This document shows, piece by piece, positions 18,918 through 43,004 of a stretch of DNA of 64,000 nucleotides. Below the pieces are notes generated by a model. The model was not told the origin of the DNA and made no database searches. It saw only the letters and a list, made by a program, of their open reading frames with translations. The translations under genes were made by a program, and so were the position numbers. Source of the DNA: the human T2T-CHM13v2.0 reference genome, Homo sapiens. The stretch is from assembly GCF_009914755.1 (NCBI RefSeq), contig NC_060936.1; one strand, given 5' to 3'. Position 1 is the first letter of the stretch; every line of letters starts with the position of its first letter.

Positions 18918-21900
18918 TTTTTGTAGAGACAGGGTCTCGCCATGTGGTCTCAAACTCCTGGGCTCAGGCAATCTGCCCACCTTGCCCACCCCAAGTGCTG
19001 GAATTACAGGCATAAGCCACCGCATCCAGCCTCCCCCTTCATTGTTGAGACATTCTCAGTAGCAGTCAGGGTCTCAGCAGCAAACAGAATGTATCCAAAA
19101 GGGGTGACCAAGGAGAATTCAACAGAAGAGCTTATTGTGGAGAGGTGGGCAGGGTTGAGGGAAGTCCACAAGGAACAAGGGACAGTGAGGCCCACTGCAG
19201 CCAGCAAGAGCCGAGGCCCCTCCCCTCCAGGGCTGGGGAGCAGGGGAAGGAGCAGGGAACCCGAGCCAGGAGACCTGGAGCTTCAGTGGGAGCTGCTGAC
19301 AGGAGCTATGGCCTTCAGGAGAGGGAGGTAGCCACTGCCCACCAGCAGCCCAGCAGGGAGTGGGTGTCCCATCTACTCCCCTCTCACCCTCCGATTCCTG
19401 CTGGTGCCTCCTGCTGGCTGACTGGAACCCAGAGGGCAAGGGAGCCCGTCAGAAGCAGCGGAGAAGTCAGCCTGGTGGGCCCTGGGGCATGGGGAGTGGG
19501 GTGGAGTGTGTGTCTGCGGGGCACACAGGGAAGGGCCAGCACACGCTCTTTATCCCAGAGGCCCCACCTGCTTCCTTTGGTCAGGCTGGGAAACTGAGGC
19601 AAGAGCAGCTCAGCCTGAGGAATCTGAACTTCACACCAGGCAGAAGCCTGAGGGGTTCGAGCTGGGAAAAGGCACAACCACCATTATGCAGTTTGGGGCT
19701 GGTGGGGAGGGGTGTGGGTGTTTGTCTGGCTATCACCATGGCAACCACGCTAAGCTGCCATCTAGGTCAGGCCAGGGAATGGCTGGAAGTCACTTTTTCC
19801 ATCACCTACCCATTCAGTCCCATCCCTCTTTCCTTCCTCCTTGGCCCCAAACAGAGTGACTTCCCCTGTTGCTCCATTCCCAAGCATGAGAACAATGGAT
19901 GCTGCTGGCTCAGGGTAGGGTGATAAGCTCGGGCTGGCATACCATGTTGTGGGGGGAGGAAAATAGAGGGGAAGAAGTTACAGAGGGAGATGGCACAGGC
20001 GGTACCAGATAACCCAGAGCGAAGGAGGGAGGATTGCGGCAGATGGCCGCTGTCCAGGAGGGGTGACCTGCCACCTAGAACATTCAGCCTGTGGTCAGCA
20101 AGCAGCTTTCATTGGTGTGGTGACACCACAGCATACCAAACTCTGTCCTGCCCCTGCCCCTGCCAGTGGGACAAGGAGCAAGGCCCAGGATGGGAGGGGA
20201 TTTTAGTATTCCCTCCTTGTAAATGCACCAAAAATGGTTACCAGGGAGCTGCAGATTCTAGACAGACAGGGCACCAGGTCTCCCTCCAGGAGGGACTCCT
20301 AGAAGAAGGATGTTCCTTTTTGCTTAGAAAGGCAAAGGTGGGAAGGGAGGGGGCCATAGCCTCACTCAGGGGACTTCATTGTGACACAGGCTTTTGATGC
20401 TGGTCAGTCCTGCTGGGCGGGGTTACCCCAGGAAGCAGGGCGAGGGCGGCCTGCCAAGCCACTCTCCTCTCCCACAGGCCTCCCCTCAGCCCTGCTCTGC
20501 AGCCCCTCTCAGGGCCACTTTGCTCTAATCCTCCTCTCCGCCCTCCTAATTCCAACCTGCCCCCCTGAGCTCATTTAGTTCAGATTCCTCCTCTGCATAA
20601 AGTCTTCGATCGCTGGCTACATAGGCTGCACTACCCCAGTGAAATTCCAACACATTCACTGCTTAGAGCACGCAGTTCTCACCCAGCATGATGCAGTTAC
20701 CTTCCTATGTGGATTGCCTTACTGCCCTACAAACAGCCCAGAATTGCCTCAAACCCACCTCCATGCTGGGTGCATACAGCAGGCACTCAGTGCATACACT
20801 CGGATTCAATGAGGAGCAGAGGCAAGATTCTAGGACCTCCCATTGTCAGAGACTTTAATATCAGCTGCTGACATCTTGGGGGTTCCCTAAAAAGGGCAAT
20901 TACCCCTCACTCTGCCAACGAGGCAAGAGAAAGCTCCATCAGGATCACATTGGTGTCACTCACAGTCACCAAAGCACGTCTTTGCAGACTATCTTATTTG
21001 AACCACATTGCAATCTTGTGAGGTACCCATTTAACAGGTGAGGAAATTGAGGGTCAAAGAGGTTAAACGGTATGTCCCAGGGTACAGAGTGAGTCTAGAA
21101 CACAGGTCCCTAGACACCTAGCTTAACACTTGGAACCCAGGAAAAATACCTGCTATCCAAAGAAGAACAAAAAAGGCTATCAAGCCAGGCGCGGGGGCTC
21201 ACGCCTGTACTCCCAGCACTTTGGGAGGCCGAGGCAGGTGGATCACTTGAGGCCAGGAGTTCGAAACCAGCCTGGCTAACTTGGTGAAACCCCATTTCTA
21301 CCAAAAATGAAAAAAAATTACCCGGACATGGAGACACATGCCTGTAATCCCAGCTACTCAGGAGGCTGAGGCACGAGAATCACTTGAACCTGGGAGGCAG
21401 AGGTTGCAGTGAGCCGAGGTCGCAGTGAGCCGAGGTCGCGCCACCACACTCCAGCCCGGCCGACAGGGCAAGACTCCGTCTCAAAAAAAAATAATAAATG
21501 CTATGAAGCTGGCAGATACCAGACCCAACATTACTCCAGGGTGGAAAGCAATACTGAAAGAGAGGGAGAAACAACTTGCCCCAGAAGAGGGGAGATGCAA
21601 TCCCTCCCTCCAGCTCACACAGGGAAGCAGACACACGCATGGAGAAGCAGACAGATGTGAGAGCTCATGACAGTTCCCGGGCTGCCAGCATGGCCGCTCT
21701 AAGCCCTCAGAGTTCAAGGGTCCAACCCCAGGTGAAAAGCTCAGAGGAGGGTCTACTCTGCCCAGAACCTCTGAGGGAATGAACGCCACTGGGAGGGGGA
21801 GAATACTGGTGCCTGGTAAGGAGAGAAATCCAGTAAACTGAGGCAGGGGCCAGAAGAGGCTGAGAAGGGACAGGACTCCAAAAGCAGCACTCACCTCTAA

Positions 21901-22415
21901 CCTCTATTCCAAAACCACCCTAGTGGGAAAATCCTGGACACTCTACCAGTGAGAAGAAAGGGAGTCCACCCTGAAGTTTGCAAACATAGCTGCACAGGAA
22001 AATCACAGGAATTGTTTCTTCGAAGTATAGATTCCTAGGGCTACCTCAGCCTAGCTTGTGGAAATCCTGATGCCCAGGGAGAAGCACAGATTTACTCAAT
22101 CGGAATCTCTTGGGAGGGCTCAAGCACGAGCATTCCCTTTAAGTCCACTGTATCATTGTACAATCAAGGTTGAGAACCACTGCTTTCAAAAGGCCGGGGG
22201 AATCTGTGTGTTGAACGTGTCTCAAGAGATTCTAATGAACCCCAGGTCAGCCCTGCTCTGCTCACAGGTAAATGGGAAACCTTGCTAAAGATAACTCATC
22301 CCAAATCATCAAGTGTCGTCTACAAAACCAGCAAGGGGGCGGGTGCGGTGGCTCAAGCCTGTAATCTCAGCACTTTGAGAGGCCAAGACAGGCAGATCAC
22401 AAAGTCAGGAGTTCA

Positions 22416-22841
<426 letters not shown>

Positions 22842-23233
22842 TTAACACTTTGCTCTTCAGACACTGTGAAGGGCTGAACCCTTGATAGTAAGTATGTTAC
22901 CAGACTCCACCAATATCTGAACACGGCCTCTAAAGTTAGGGAGTCGGGGGAACTCCTGCACTATATTTCCTAGCTGTGTGCTCTTGAGAAAGTTACCTCA
23001 CTTCTCTGAGCTTCTGTTTCCTCAGCTACCATATGCAGATAAATAATAGCACCTTATGTCCTTGTGTGGTTGTGAAATCAAATGAGATCATTGATGCCTG
23101 AGGAGCACTTGGAACAGTACCTGGCACACATAAAGATCAGCTAGTAGGCATAGATATATAAATATCCATATGTGTTTATATAAATATGCATCTATAAATA
23201 TAATTATATACCTCAAATTATACACATAAAATA

Positions 23234-23753
23234 CAGTTGATCCTTGAACAGCACATGCAAGCATTGGGGCATCAATCCTCAAGCAGTCAAACATAATTTT
23301 TTTTTTTCAATGACAGCGTTCTCGCTTTTGCCCAGTCTGGTCTTGGACTCGGGTACTCAAGCAATCCCCCAACCTCAGCCTTCTGAGTAGCTGGGACTAC
23401 AGGCTCCCACACCTGAGTATAACTTTTGGCTCCCCTAAAATTTAACTACCAATAGCCTACTGTTGACTAGAAGCCTTGCAGATAACATAAACAGTAGGTA
23501 AACACGTATTTGATGTTATATGTATTATATATTGTACTCTTACAATAAAGGAAGGTAGAGAAAATATTATTAGGAAAATCATAAGAAAGAGAAAGTGTAT
23601 TTACTATTCATAAATGGAAGTAGATCAGGCATAAAAGCTGAGGAAGAGGGGGAGGAGGGAGAGGAGGGTTGGTCTTGCTGTCCCAGAGACAGCAGAAAAT
23701 TCTCGAATAAACGTACTCTCGCAGTTGAACGCCCTGTTGCTCAGGGTCACCTG
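23234..23753. mobile_element. Tigger2-family non-autonomous element (Tigger2a/MER28-like) with a partial Alu inside
   Basis: Inverted termini ta|cagttgatccttgaaca... and ...tgttgctcagggtcacctg|ta; internal gtataacttttggctcccc...aatagcctactgttgac. Confidence 0.7.
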
Positions 23754-24089
23754 TATCTGTAAAATGCAATCTTAGTGGAGCGCTGACTATACGCCAGGCA
23801 CTATTTTAGGCACTTTGCATGCACCTTGTGAGTGGGAGGCCCAGCAGAGCTGACTTGTGAGTTCTGGGACTTTTGGAGAGTCCCTGCGTCCGTCCGTGGG
23901 CGGGATCTCCAAGGTGAGGCCGGTGGCCCAGGTTTGGCAAGTTTTCTGCAGCTTTAACACACTCGGCTTCTGAGCCAGATCCTGTCAGGACACCTTCTTC
24001 AACCTGCCAAGCGGGGACCCACCCAGGAGTTCCTATTTTTTCCTGATTTGCTCTGAGAAGAGGCCGAAACACCGGGGTACACCCAAGAA

Positions 24090-24660
24090 CGGAGAGGGCT
24101 TTCTCCCCACGTGTTAGCCAGGGGGCACATTTCCCCCGCGGCGGCCGCCCATGGCCGGGCCTTGGCAGAGCTGTCCCTCGAATCCGGGCCGAGCCGGGGC
24201 CGGCCCCGAAACCCGCTCTGGGAGGGAAGCCACGCCCGGCCCCAGGAAAGGAGCGACGGGAGGGCCCGCGGGAACGGCCTGGCCCAGGCCCGCGCGCCCT
24301 GCCCTGTGTTCCCGGGAGGCGCGGTCTCCTGGCGGCAGGGGAGTCCCGGGAGGGCGCAGGGCGGCGCAGAGCCTGGGATCCCCGAGGGTCAGGGCGAGCC
24401 GGCGGCCAGGGCGCGGCCGGGCGGGGAAGCCAGGGGCGGAGGGGGCGCGGTAAGCCCACGGAGGGCTGACTCATCCTGGCGCCGCCCTGACTCACCCGCG
24501 GCCGCCCTGGCAGCCCCGTCCTGCCGCGCCCCCTCGCGGCCACGCGCGGAAGCGCAGCCGGGGTGCCCCGCCCCGCCCCGTCCGCGCCCTCCTCGGAGCG
24601 CCGAGCTGGCTTTGAGCTCTGGCGAGAAAGCGCCAATCGGCGGCAACCCGGGAATCCAAG
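24090..24660. promoter_or_regulatory. Orphan CpG island with promoter-like motifs
   Basis: CpG-dense ~570 bp with no coding gene nearby. GC boxes at ~24433 and ~24566-24578, two TGACTCA (AP-1) sites at 24467 and 24488, CCAAT at 24633, donor CG|gtaagc at 24450. Confidence 0.85.
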
Positions 24661-24704
24661 GACATATGGGGTGCATTGGAGTATTTTTCCATTTTCTTGT
24701 AGAT

Positions 24705-24985
<281 letters not shown>

Positions 24986-27344
24986 ACTTCTGCTTCTAAA
25001 AAATGAGTTTCAGGGCCCTCTCCTGGTACCCCAAGCCAAGGCCAAGTGGGAACTGGAAGCTGGAACAGCCCAACTACCCACCCAGCCTGCAGAGGAGAGA
25101 CCAGAAATAGCCCTTAGCTTCCAGGGAGATGGCGAGTGACCTGATCCTGCGCCTGGTCGGCAGGCCCTTGAGAGCAGTGGCCTCCTCTGTCTTGCTCTCC
25201 ACCCGATCCTGACTTGTAAGCCCCGTTTGCCCGCATAGTCCCACAATGTACGAAATGAATGGATGGATGAGGGGCTCTGGGGTGCAAGGGAGAAGGAAGC
25301 AGGCAGAAAAGCCTTCCTCATCGGGGGGCTTCCTCCTCCACTGTCATCCGCAAGGGACTAAGGTCCTGAATGTGAGTGCCCAGCAGATCCATGCCTGGCC
25401 CCAGCACCCTGACTCACAGCCCTCTGCCTGGGACAGTTACCCATTTCTCCTTCCCGGTGGAGCTGGGTCCTGAGATGGTGGCAAATTCACTGGCGTTGAA
25501 CAGAGACTGGACTAACGAGGGTGACCAGCACTTACCCGGTGCCACCTACCATTGTGCTGAGCCTTTGTGCATAGTTTTGTATTTAATACACCTACCGTGG
25601 GCGGGAGGGGGCTGCTATTGTTGTGCCCATACTAGGAGAAGGGAGTGAAGACTTAAGGAATGGCATAAGGATCATTTGCATAGCTCTTAGTTATTTGAGC
25701 AACACATTCATTTAATTCCACAGCAATGTGGGGAATGAGGGACTCTTCCCTGCTTTCCAGGTCAGCAACAGGAAAAACAAATGATTTGCTCAAGGCCACA
25801 CAGCCCCAGTCCTCAAACACCAAGTTCTGGCCTTTTTCCATTTCCGGCCACTGCCACTCCACCTTTCCCCACCCCTAGGCAGCAAGAGTGACTCACTCTC
25901 TGAACTCACTCCACATCCCAATTCCAGCACCCATGAGTAACTCTCCCTTTGGATAGCTTTGCACCAAGAACAAACCTAAACAAACCCTCTGCTGGGAGGT
26001 GAACTCCTCCTTCTGTTTTGTTCCTGCTGTGTCTCCAGTTCCTAGAATGGCCAGCTCCTGGGGCTCAATAGGTTTGTTCAGTGAACGAAACCTAGACCAA
26101 AGGATGCCAGGCAGTGCCTAACAGACCTCCAAAAGACTGGAGGAGAAGGAAGTGAAGGAGTGGGGGTGGGAGTCAGTTCTGGTCCTAAACCTCCCCGGAA
26201 AGAAAAGAGATACTTCCTAGCGTTCCTTTAGTGGCCAGTCTTCATGCCTCATATCCTATGGGGTCAGAAAATTCTTCCTCAAATCTAGCCTTGATCTTAT
26301 TCTCACATTCCCCACACACCTTAGGGGCAGGAAATGAGGTTGGTGTCCTCCAGGCTCCACATGGCTGCTTCCAGAAGTTACGCCCCACCCCCACCCCCAC
26401 CGCACCCCCTCATGAACATCCTTTCAGGGCATCCCATTCCAGCGCTCTCTCCTCGTCGCTGTCTTCCTCTGGCCTCCTGCTCGGCCCCTGGCTCCCGTCT
26501 TGCTCTGCACCCACTCCTCTCATTATTCTAGGCAGCCTCCTCATCCGCGCGGGGGACCTGTCTGCCACCAGGGCCTCCTTGTTCCTTGTCCTCTTCTGCT
26601 CTGCTGACCACTTCCTCCACCCCAGCCTCCCACTCCTGGGGCACATCCTGACCTTGTCCTTTACCTGAAACTGACCTACCTCCGAGGCCCTGTCTCCATC
26701 CCCCTCTCTGTCCACCTGTCCCCCAAGGCCATCCCTCCTCTGGTTTCTCCTCTCACTTCAACCAGTAGAGAGACAAGGGTTCCTCATGAGAGCCACTCCT
26801 TTGCAGAAGTCCCCCATTCCCTTCCCTCTCTCTCCCTCCCGTCATACTCTCCTGACAAAGCCTTGCCCCAGATGAACCGCTCCAGGCCACACCAACAGCG
26901 CCCAGCATTGGTGGAGGAAACACAACCACCAGAGCAGATGAGGGCACTGTCACTTCTTGTCGTCACCCTCCAGTGGGCTCCCAGTGGCACCAACAGACCT
27001 AAGATGTTTGTGAAGTTGGTTCTCGCCCACTCTCCGCTGTGGCCACCATGCACAGTCTCCAGTGGCCTAGAACTCTTCTCCCCCAACCACGCCCCCTATT
27101 TCAGCTGACACACTGCTCCCTTCGTGGGGGATGTAGAGTCATCAGACAAGAACTTTCTTAACTTCCTAAGGCCAAATTCACCACTTACATGAGACCCCGC
27201 CTCCTATTTCTTTCCTGATAGCACAAAAGAGGGGCCCCCAAAAGCCAGCTGTCCACAGGCACTCTGGACTCTGTCCTCTCATGTGTCCCCACTCTGCTGA
27301 CTGCATCTTTACCCTCTCCCTGCCAGATCTTCCCTTCAGCATCA

Positions 27345-27635
<291 letters not shown>

Positions 27636-28429
27636 TCAAAACAAAACAAAACAAACAAAAAACATGCATTTGGTAACACGGGCATCTTAAAAAGCCAAAA
27701 CGATCACCCAAAGCTCCCTCCTTTCCACCTCCCCCTCACTCACGACTGCGCCCCGTTTCTCTGCTGTCTTTCAGAGCCCAGCTTCTCCGGAGCTGCCTGC
27801 TCACGAGGCTGCACTCCCTCTGGCCTCTGCCACTCCCTCCCGGCTGGGCTGAAACTGCTCTTGTCCAAGTCACCAACAGCCTCTGCGCTGCCTGCCGAGC
27901 ACAGTGGGTGCCTCGTCCTCTCCCCATCGTCCTTCACAGTGGTCGCCTCCATTGTAGGCCGCTCCCTGCTCAGTCAGCTCCTGGCACTGAGCCTCCTGCT
28001 TTTCCTCCCACTCTGTGCCTCCTCCACCCAACTCTAAGCATCAGGGGCTGGTCTCGGCCCCCTTCCTCTCCATTTGCAATCTGCCTAGGCCTAGGCCATC
28101 GCTTACCTTAGATACCATCCCCAGCACCTTGACTCCCAAAGTCTCTCTCCGGCACAGACTTCCATTCAGCTCAAGACTCATACCTGACTGCCTACTTGAC
28201 CTCACCACTTGAAAGCCTCCAGGACCTTAAAACAGAGCCTCACTGTCCACCCGTCCCATCAGCAGGCCCACACCACATGACAGGCCAGCCCCACTGTGAC
28301 CCACACCACAGAACACCCTTGCACTTTTCACTGCGCCCAATCTCTCCTCCACCCCAGCCAGAGTGATTCTGGAATTTGTACCATGTTCATGTATTTTATA
28401 ATTTCTAAAACATTAATTAAAAATAAAAA

Positions 28430-29575
<1,146 letters not shown>

Positions 29576-29697
29576 GCTCAAGTTTCTTTCTCCCTTGCTT
29601 TTACTTTTTGGTTCTTTGAGAGGAAGTCTTGCTCTGTCGCCCAGGCTGCAGTGCAATGGCGTGATTTCGGCTCACTCTGCCTCCCGGGTTCAAGTGA

Positions 29698-29859
<162 letters not shown>

Positions 29860-31129
29860 TAGAATAAAGTCTGAATTACTGACCTGGCCTAGAAAGCCCT
29901 GCTGACTGCACCCCCTGCCCAGCCAGGCCGGGCTCTCCCTCCCTGAAGACAGTCCCGGCTTCACCTTGAGCTAATATGCTGTTTCCTCGGACAGGCCTCC
30001 CCTAGCCAGTGTACCTGCAGGTTTCCCCACCGTCTCTGCTGTGCCCTGTTCATTTCTTTGGAGCACAGTTCCCAGTGTGTAGCTACACGCTTGTGTGTTT
30101 AGTGTCTATCTCCAACCCCCACGACCGCCGTCACCACCTCCTCCAGGCATGAAGCCCCCCGAAGGCAGGAACCAACGCTGCTTGGTCGCCAGACTGTCCT
30201 CAGCACCCAGCACAGCTCTGGACATGTCCTTGGTGCCTTCCACATCTTTGCTGATGAATGGGTGAGGCTCTCTCTCAGTGCAGCAACAGCGCAGAGCTGG
30301 ACACTCCAGGAACTGAACCCCAGCCTCACCACTTCCTAGCTGTGTGACCCGGGCAATCTTTAGCCTCTTTGAACTTCAGGCTCTTCATTGGTAAAATGGA
30401 GACATCTTGCAAGGTAGTTTGAGGCTTGTATTAAATAACCTATAAAAAGTGTTTTCCCCTGGTCAACCAACTGGTCCCTAACATCACTGTATTCTACCCC
30501 TTCAAGGGGATACTACTACTTAGGCAATAATTCTTGACTTTTGGTGGGAGAAGACGGTCACATACACCTTTGAGAACTTGATTACAACTATAAACTACCT
30601 CTAGATAGAGGTATATACACTTACTCAGACATATATATATAAATTCTGAGGTTCACTGACCATAAAAAGTCCTACCATGGTTGCCAGGTTAAGAACCCTG
30701 AATGTAAGGAAAGAAACGAAATTAATGTGGTTAAAGAGCTGAAAGCTCTTTGGGTAGCCGTCAAGAATACGTGGAGAAGAATAGGAACGCCAGACCCAGG
30801 GGGGTCCAAGGCTGGCGTCCCTAGTGCCACAGTGCCCTCTGGTGGTAGATCATAATCATTGCTGCGTACTCCCAGGCCAGAGGAAGAAATGTAGGACTCG
30901 GAAAATGCCGGAGTCCACTCTGTCTCCCCTCAAGCCTCCAGATTTGTACACCCATCTGTCCTTCAGTCATCTTCCCCACAGCCCATCTCTTAGGAATTTG
31001 ATATCTCTTAAGGCAGTGAAATGTTTCTCAGAGTGAGGCCCAAGGACAGTTTACTCAACAGGTCCTCAGGTAGACAGATAGTTTCAGAGGACAAAGTGAT
31101 CAACAATTTTGTTCCTCTACTTTTCACAG

Positions 31130-32790
<1,661 letters not shown>

Positions 32791-32796
32791 ACTGCG

Positions 32797-38273
<5,477 letters not shown>

Positions 38274-38318
38274 TCACACAAGTTTTTCTAAATGCAGGAT
38301 GACACTTTGTGACATTGA

Positions 38319-38862
38319 TATGCTAACGAAGAGCATTCATCTAATTGCAAAGGGTTTGTTCAAGTAGTGTATCTTAGTGACACACCAGAACCTATGACTC
38401 AGGACCAGCATTTTACAACCTTAATGTTAGAAATAAAATACCAGGATTTCTTGAACTTAGAACTCTGGCACAGTTGCAACATCAACGCTTTACTATTTCC
38501 CAACATTGGATTTTTTTTTAGAAAGAAATCAAAAACATATTATTGAGTATATTTTAAAACCACTGAGATTAAAAGGTAAACTTCATGTTATGTATATTTT
38601 ACCACAATAAAAAAACAGTTGAAATTCAACATCAGAACATGAAGTACTTTCCAACGAAGCCAAAGGTTGGATAAGAAATCTATTTTCCACCATCACCCAG
38701 GGTTAAAACAATCTTCCAAATTTTGAATGTAGTGTACTTACAGATGTAGTTCCTGGTGGTGTGGCAAATCACCTTCCCCAAGAATGTCCACCACAGTAGT
38801 CTGACACCAAGCTGAATATAAACAATCTAATGAAGATGACAATGTCCTTCTCCTTGATTTAA
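38319..38862 (+). pseudogene. Possible 3' continuation of the decayed ORF beyond the L1, with a short L1 3' fragment at ~38540-38615
   Basis: Open stretches YANEEHSSNCKGFVQVVYLSDTPEP... and NSTSEHEVLSNEAKGWIRNLFSTITQG*NNLPNFECSVLTDVVPGGVANHLPQECPPQ*SDTKLNINNLMKMTMSFSLI*. Confidence 0.35.
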
Positions 38863-38898
38863 AACAGAGACACTGTTGTTACTTTTTTCGTGTTTTAA

Positions 38899-39405
<507 letters not shown>

Positions 39406-39483
39406 TGACCCAAAATTTTGGCACTTTGTGTGTATTAAACACCCATTAAAATGACCCACGAAAGCCCAAGTTTGAGACATTTA

Positions 39484-40012
<529 letters not shown>

Positions 40013-41313
40013 TGAGCACTGGGCCAGGTGTGGTGGCTCAAGCCTGTAATCCCAACACTTTGGAAAGCCAAGGCAGGAGAATTGCTTGAGTCTAAGAGTT
40101 AAAGACAAGCCTGGGCAACACAGAGAGACCCATCTCTGTTAAAAAAAAAAAAAAAAAAAAAAAAGTTTAAAGAAAGCACTGAACTATGAGCCAGGAGCTC
40201 TAAATTCTAGTCCTGTTTTTGACCTTGGCTGTGTTAAGCAACCTTTATAAGCCAGTGTTTACTCATTTTCAAATGGATTGATATTTCTTGCCCTGGCTTC
40301 CTCACAGGGCTTCTGTGACAAGCAAATGAGAAAATAGATGCACAAATGCTTTGTAACCTATAAGACTTTGTGCAAATGTGTGAAATGAAATAATCTTTCC
40401 AAAGTCCACCTGTCCCTCTAGCTTCCCTTTCTCTTGGTTCCTTTATACAACATATATACATCTCGGCCTGTTGCCAAACAACTGCCTCTCCCAGCTTCAC
40501 ATTTATGTATCTGCCACCACTTTGGGGAACAAACTCTGCTTGTCCCTGGTGGAGAAAGGGGCCAGGTCTCCTAATCCTGCTCTAACTCTTCCTGGAGTCT
40601 CTCTCTCTCCATCTCCTGGGCTCCTCCTCTAGTTATGCAGAGGGAACAGGGCTTCTGATCAGCTTAGAGCTGCCCGGTTCTCTCTCACTCAGTGGACGTG
40701 GTCCCAGCCCTGACTGCAGAGATCTGTCCCTTCACTCCACTGAGCTCCTTGTCCCACCCTTCCAAGGAGCCCCACATCTGAGATTCCATAGACAAAGACA
40801 CTCCCCCAACCCCCCCACCCCCCAACCCTGCTGCTGTAGGCTGGGAAGCTGCGAGGAGCTGGGAGCCAGAAAAGGAAGAGGACAGCCCCACCTTGCAGAC
40901 CCCACCCTCTAGGAATGGATTTATGCTTCATTGTTGGTGGGAACCATAGCAACCACAGATGACCATGAGTCAGTAGATAATAAACAGGATTCTTTACAAA
41001 CAGAGGTTGCCTGGGGCAACCCTGGGAAGGTGAGGCCCTGGATTTCCTGGTCTGGCCTCTGAGAACCTCCTAGCACCCCAGAACTCCCAGACAGAATGTT
41101 AGGTAATGCCAATGAGCACAGATCAATCATCTGCACAAGTAAGTCCTTCTGGGGTTCCTATTCCAGACACTCTGGCACTCTGAGCTCCCCCATCCAAAGC
41201 TTCTTTCCGTTCCTCAAACTCACCATGTGGTCTCTTGGCTCTTAGCTTTCCTACCCAAGCCCCCAACTCCTTGAAATTCTCTTCCCTCTTCTTACTCACA
41301 AAATACCTATTCA

Positions 41314-41754
<441 letters not shown>

Positions 41755-42196
41755 CTAGGCTCCTTCTGGTGTGCCACCCCTCGGACAAGTCTCTCAGCCT
41801 CAAGGTCCAGGATGGCAACATCTGTCCAAACAGCAAGATGGAGAACAGGACAGGATAGGAACGAAGTAGGAGAGGGGCCAAGGACTCATGCTGGCATCCC
41901 GCCAGCCTTTTGACACGAGTCACCCTTCCGCCACTTTATAAAAAAAGGTAGGCCTCTTATCAGTGGTAGGCAATAGCAGGGTAGTGAAAACCGTTTCCCC
42001 ACCACCGCCAAGGCAGGGAATAGAGGCTGCATTGTCCTTAGAGAATTGTAAATGAGTAAGCAACCGAAAGTTCTTTGTTATCCCCTGGGCCAGCAATCCT
42101 AAACAATGTCAGTGATAAAACATTCCTCCCTGAAAAAGTATTTTATTGGTCTAAGTTCTAAATCTAAATAAATGCTGTCATTACCACTGAGTTTTA

Positions 42197-42385
<189 letters not shown>

Positions 42386-42663
42386 TCAGGAGGCTGAGGC
42401 AGGAGAATCACTTGAACCTAGGAGGCAGAGGTTTCAGTGAGCCGAGATTAGGCCACTGCACTCCAGCCTGGGTGACAGAGTGAGACTCCATCTCAAAAAT
42501 AAATAAATAAATAAATAAAATGTGAACTTCAATTTAACTTGTTTTTATAACTTAGCATTTAAATAACATTATCGGCCGGGCAAGGTGGCTCACGCTTGTA
42601 ATCCCAGCACTCTGGGAGGCCGAGGCAGGTGGATCATGAGGTCAGGAGATGGAGACCATCCTA

Positions 42664-42919
<256 letters not shown>

Positions 42920-43004
42920 TTATTCAGTGGGCCCCCGACACCCGCAGACTCAGCTCCATGTGTTTCTTACTTCTGGCTGGTCAGTGCCTCCGTTCGTGTG
43001 GAGC

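Noticed and set aside
38638-38682. EVLSNEAKGWIRNL resembling a kinase C-lobe helix (S.EAKD.I..LL)
   Set aside because: No other kinase motifs (HRD, DFG, APE) are visible, so no family is assigned.
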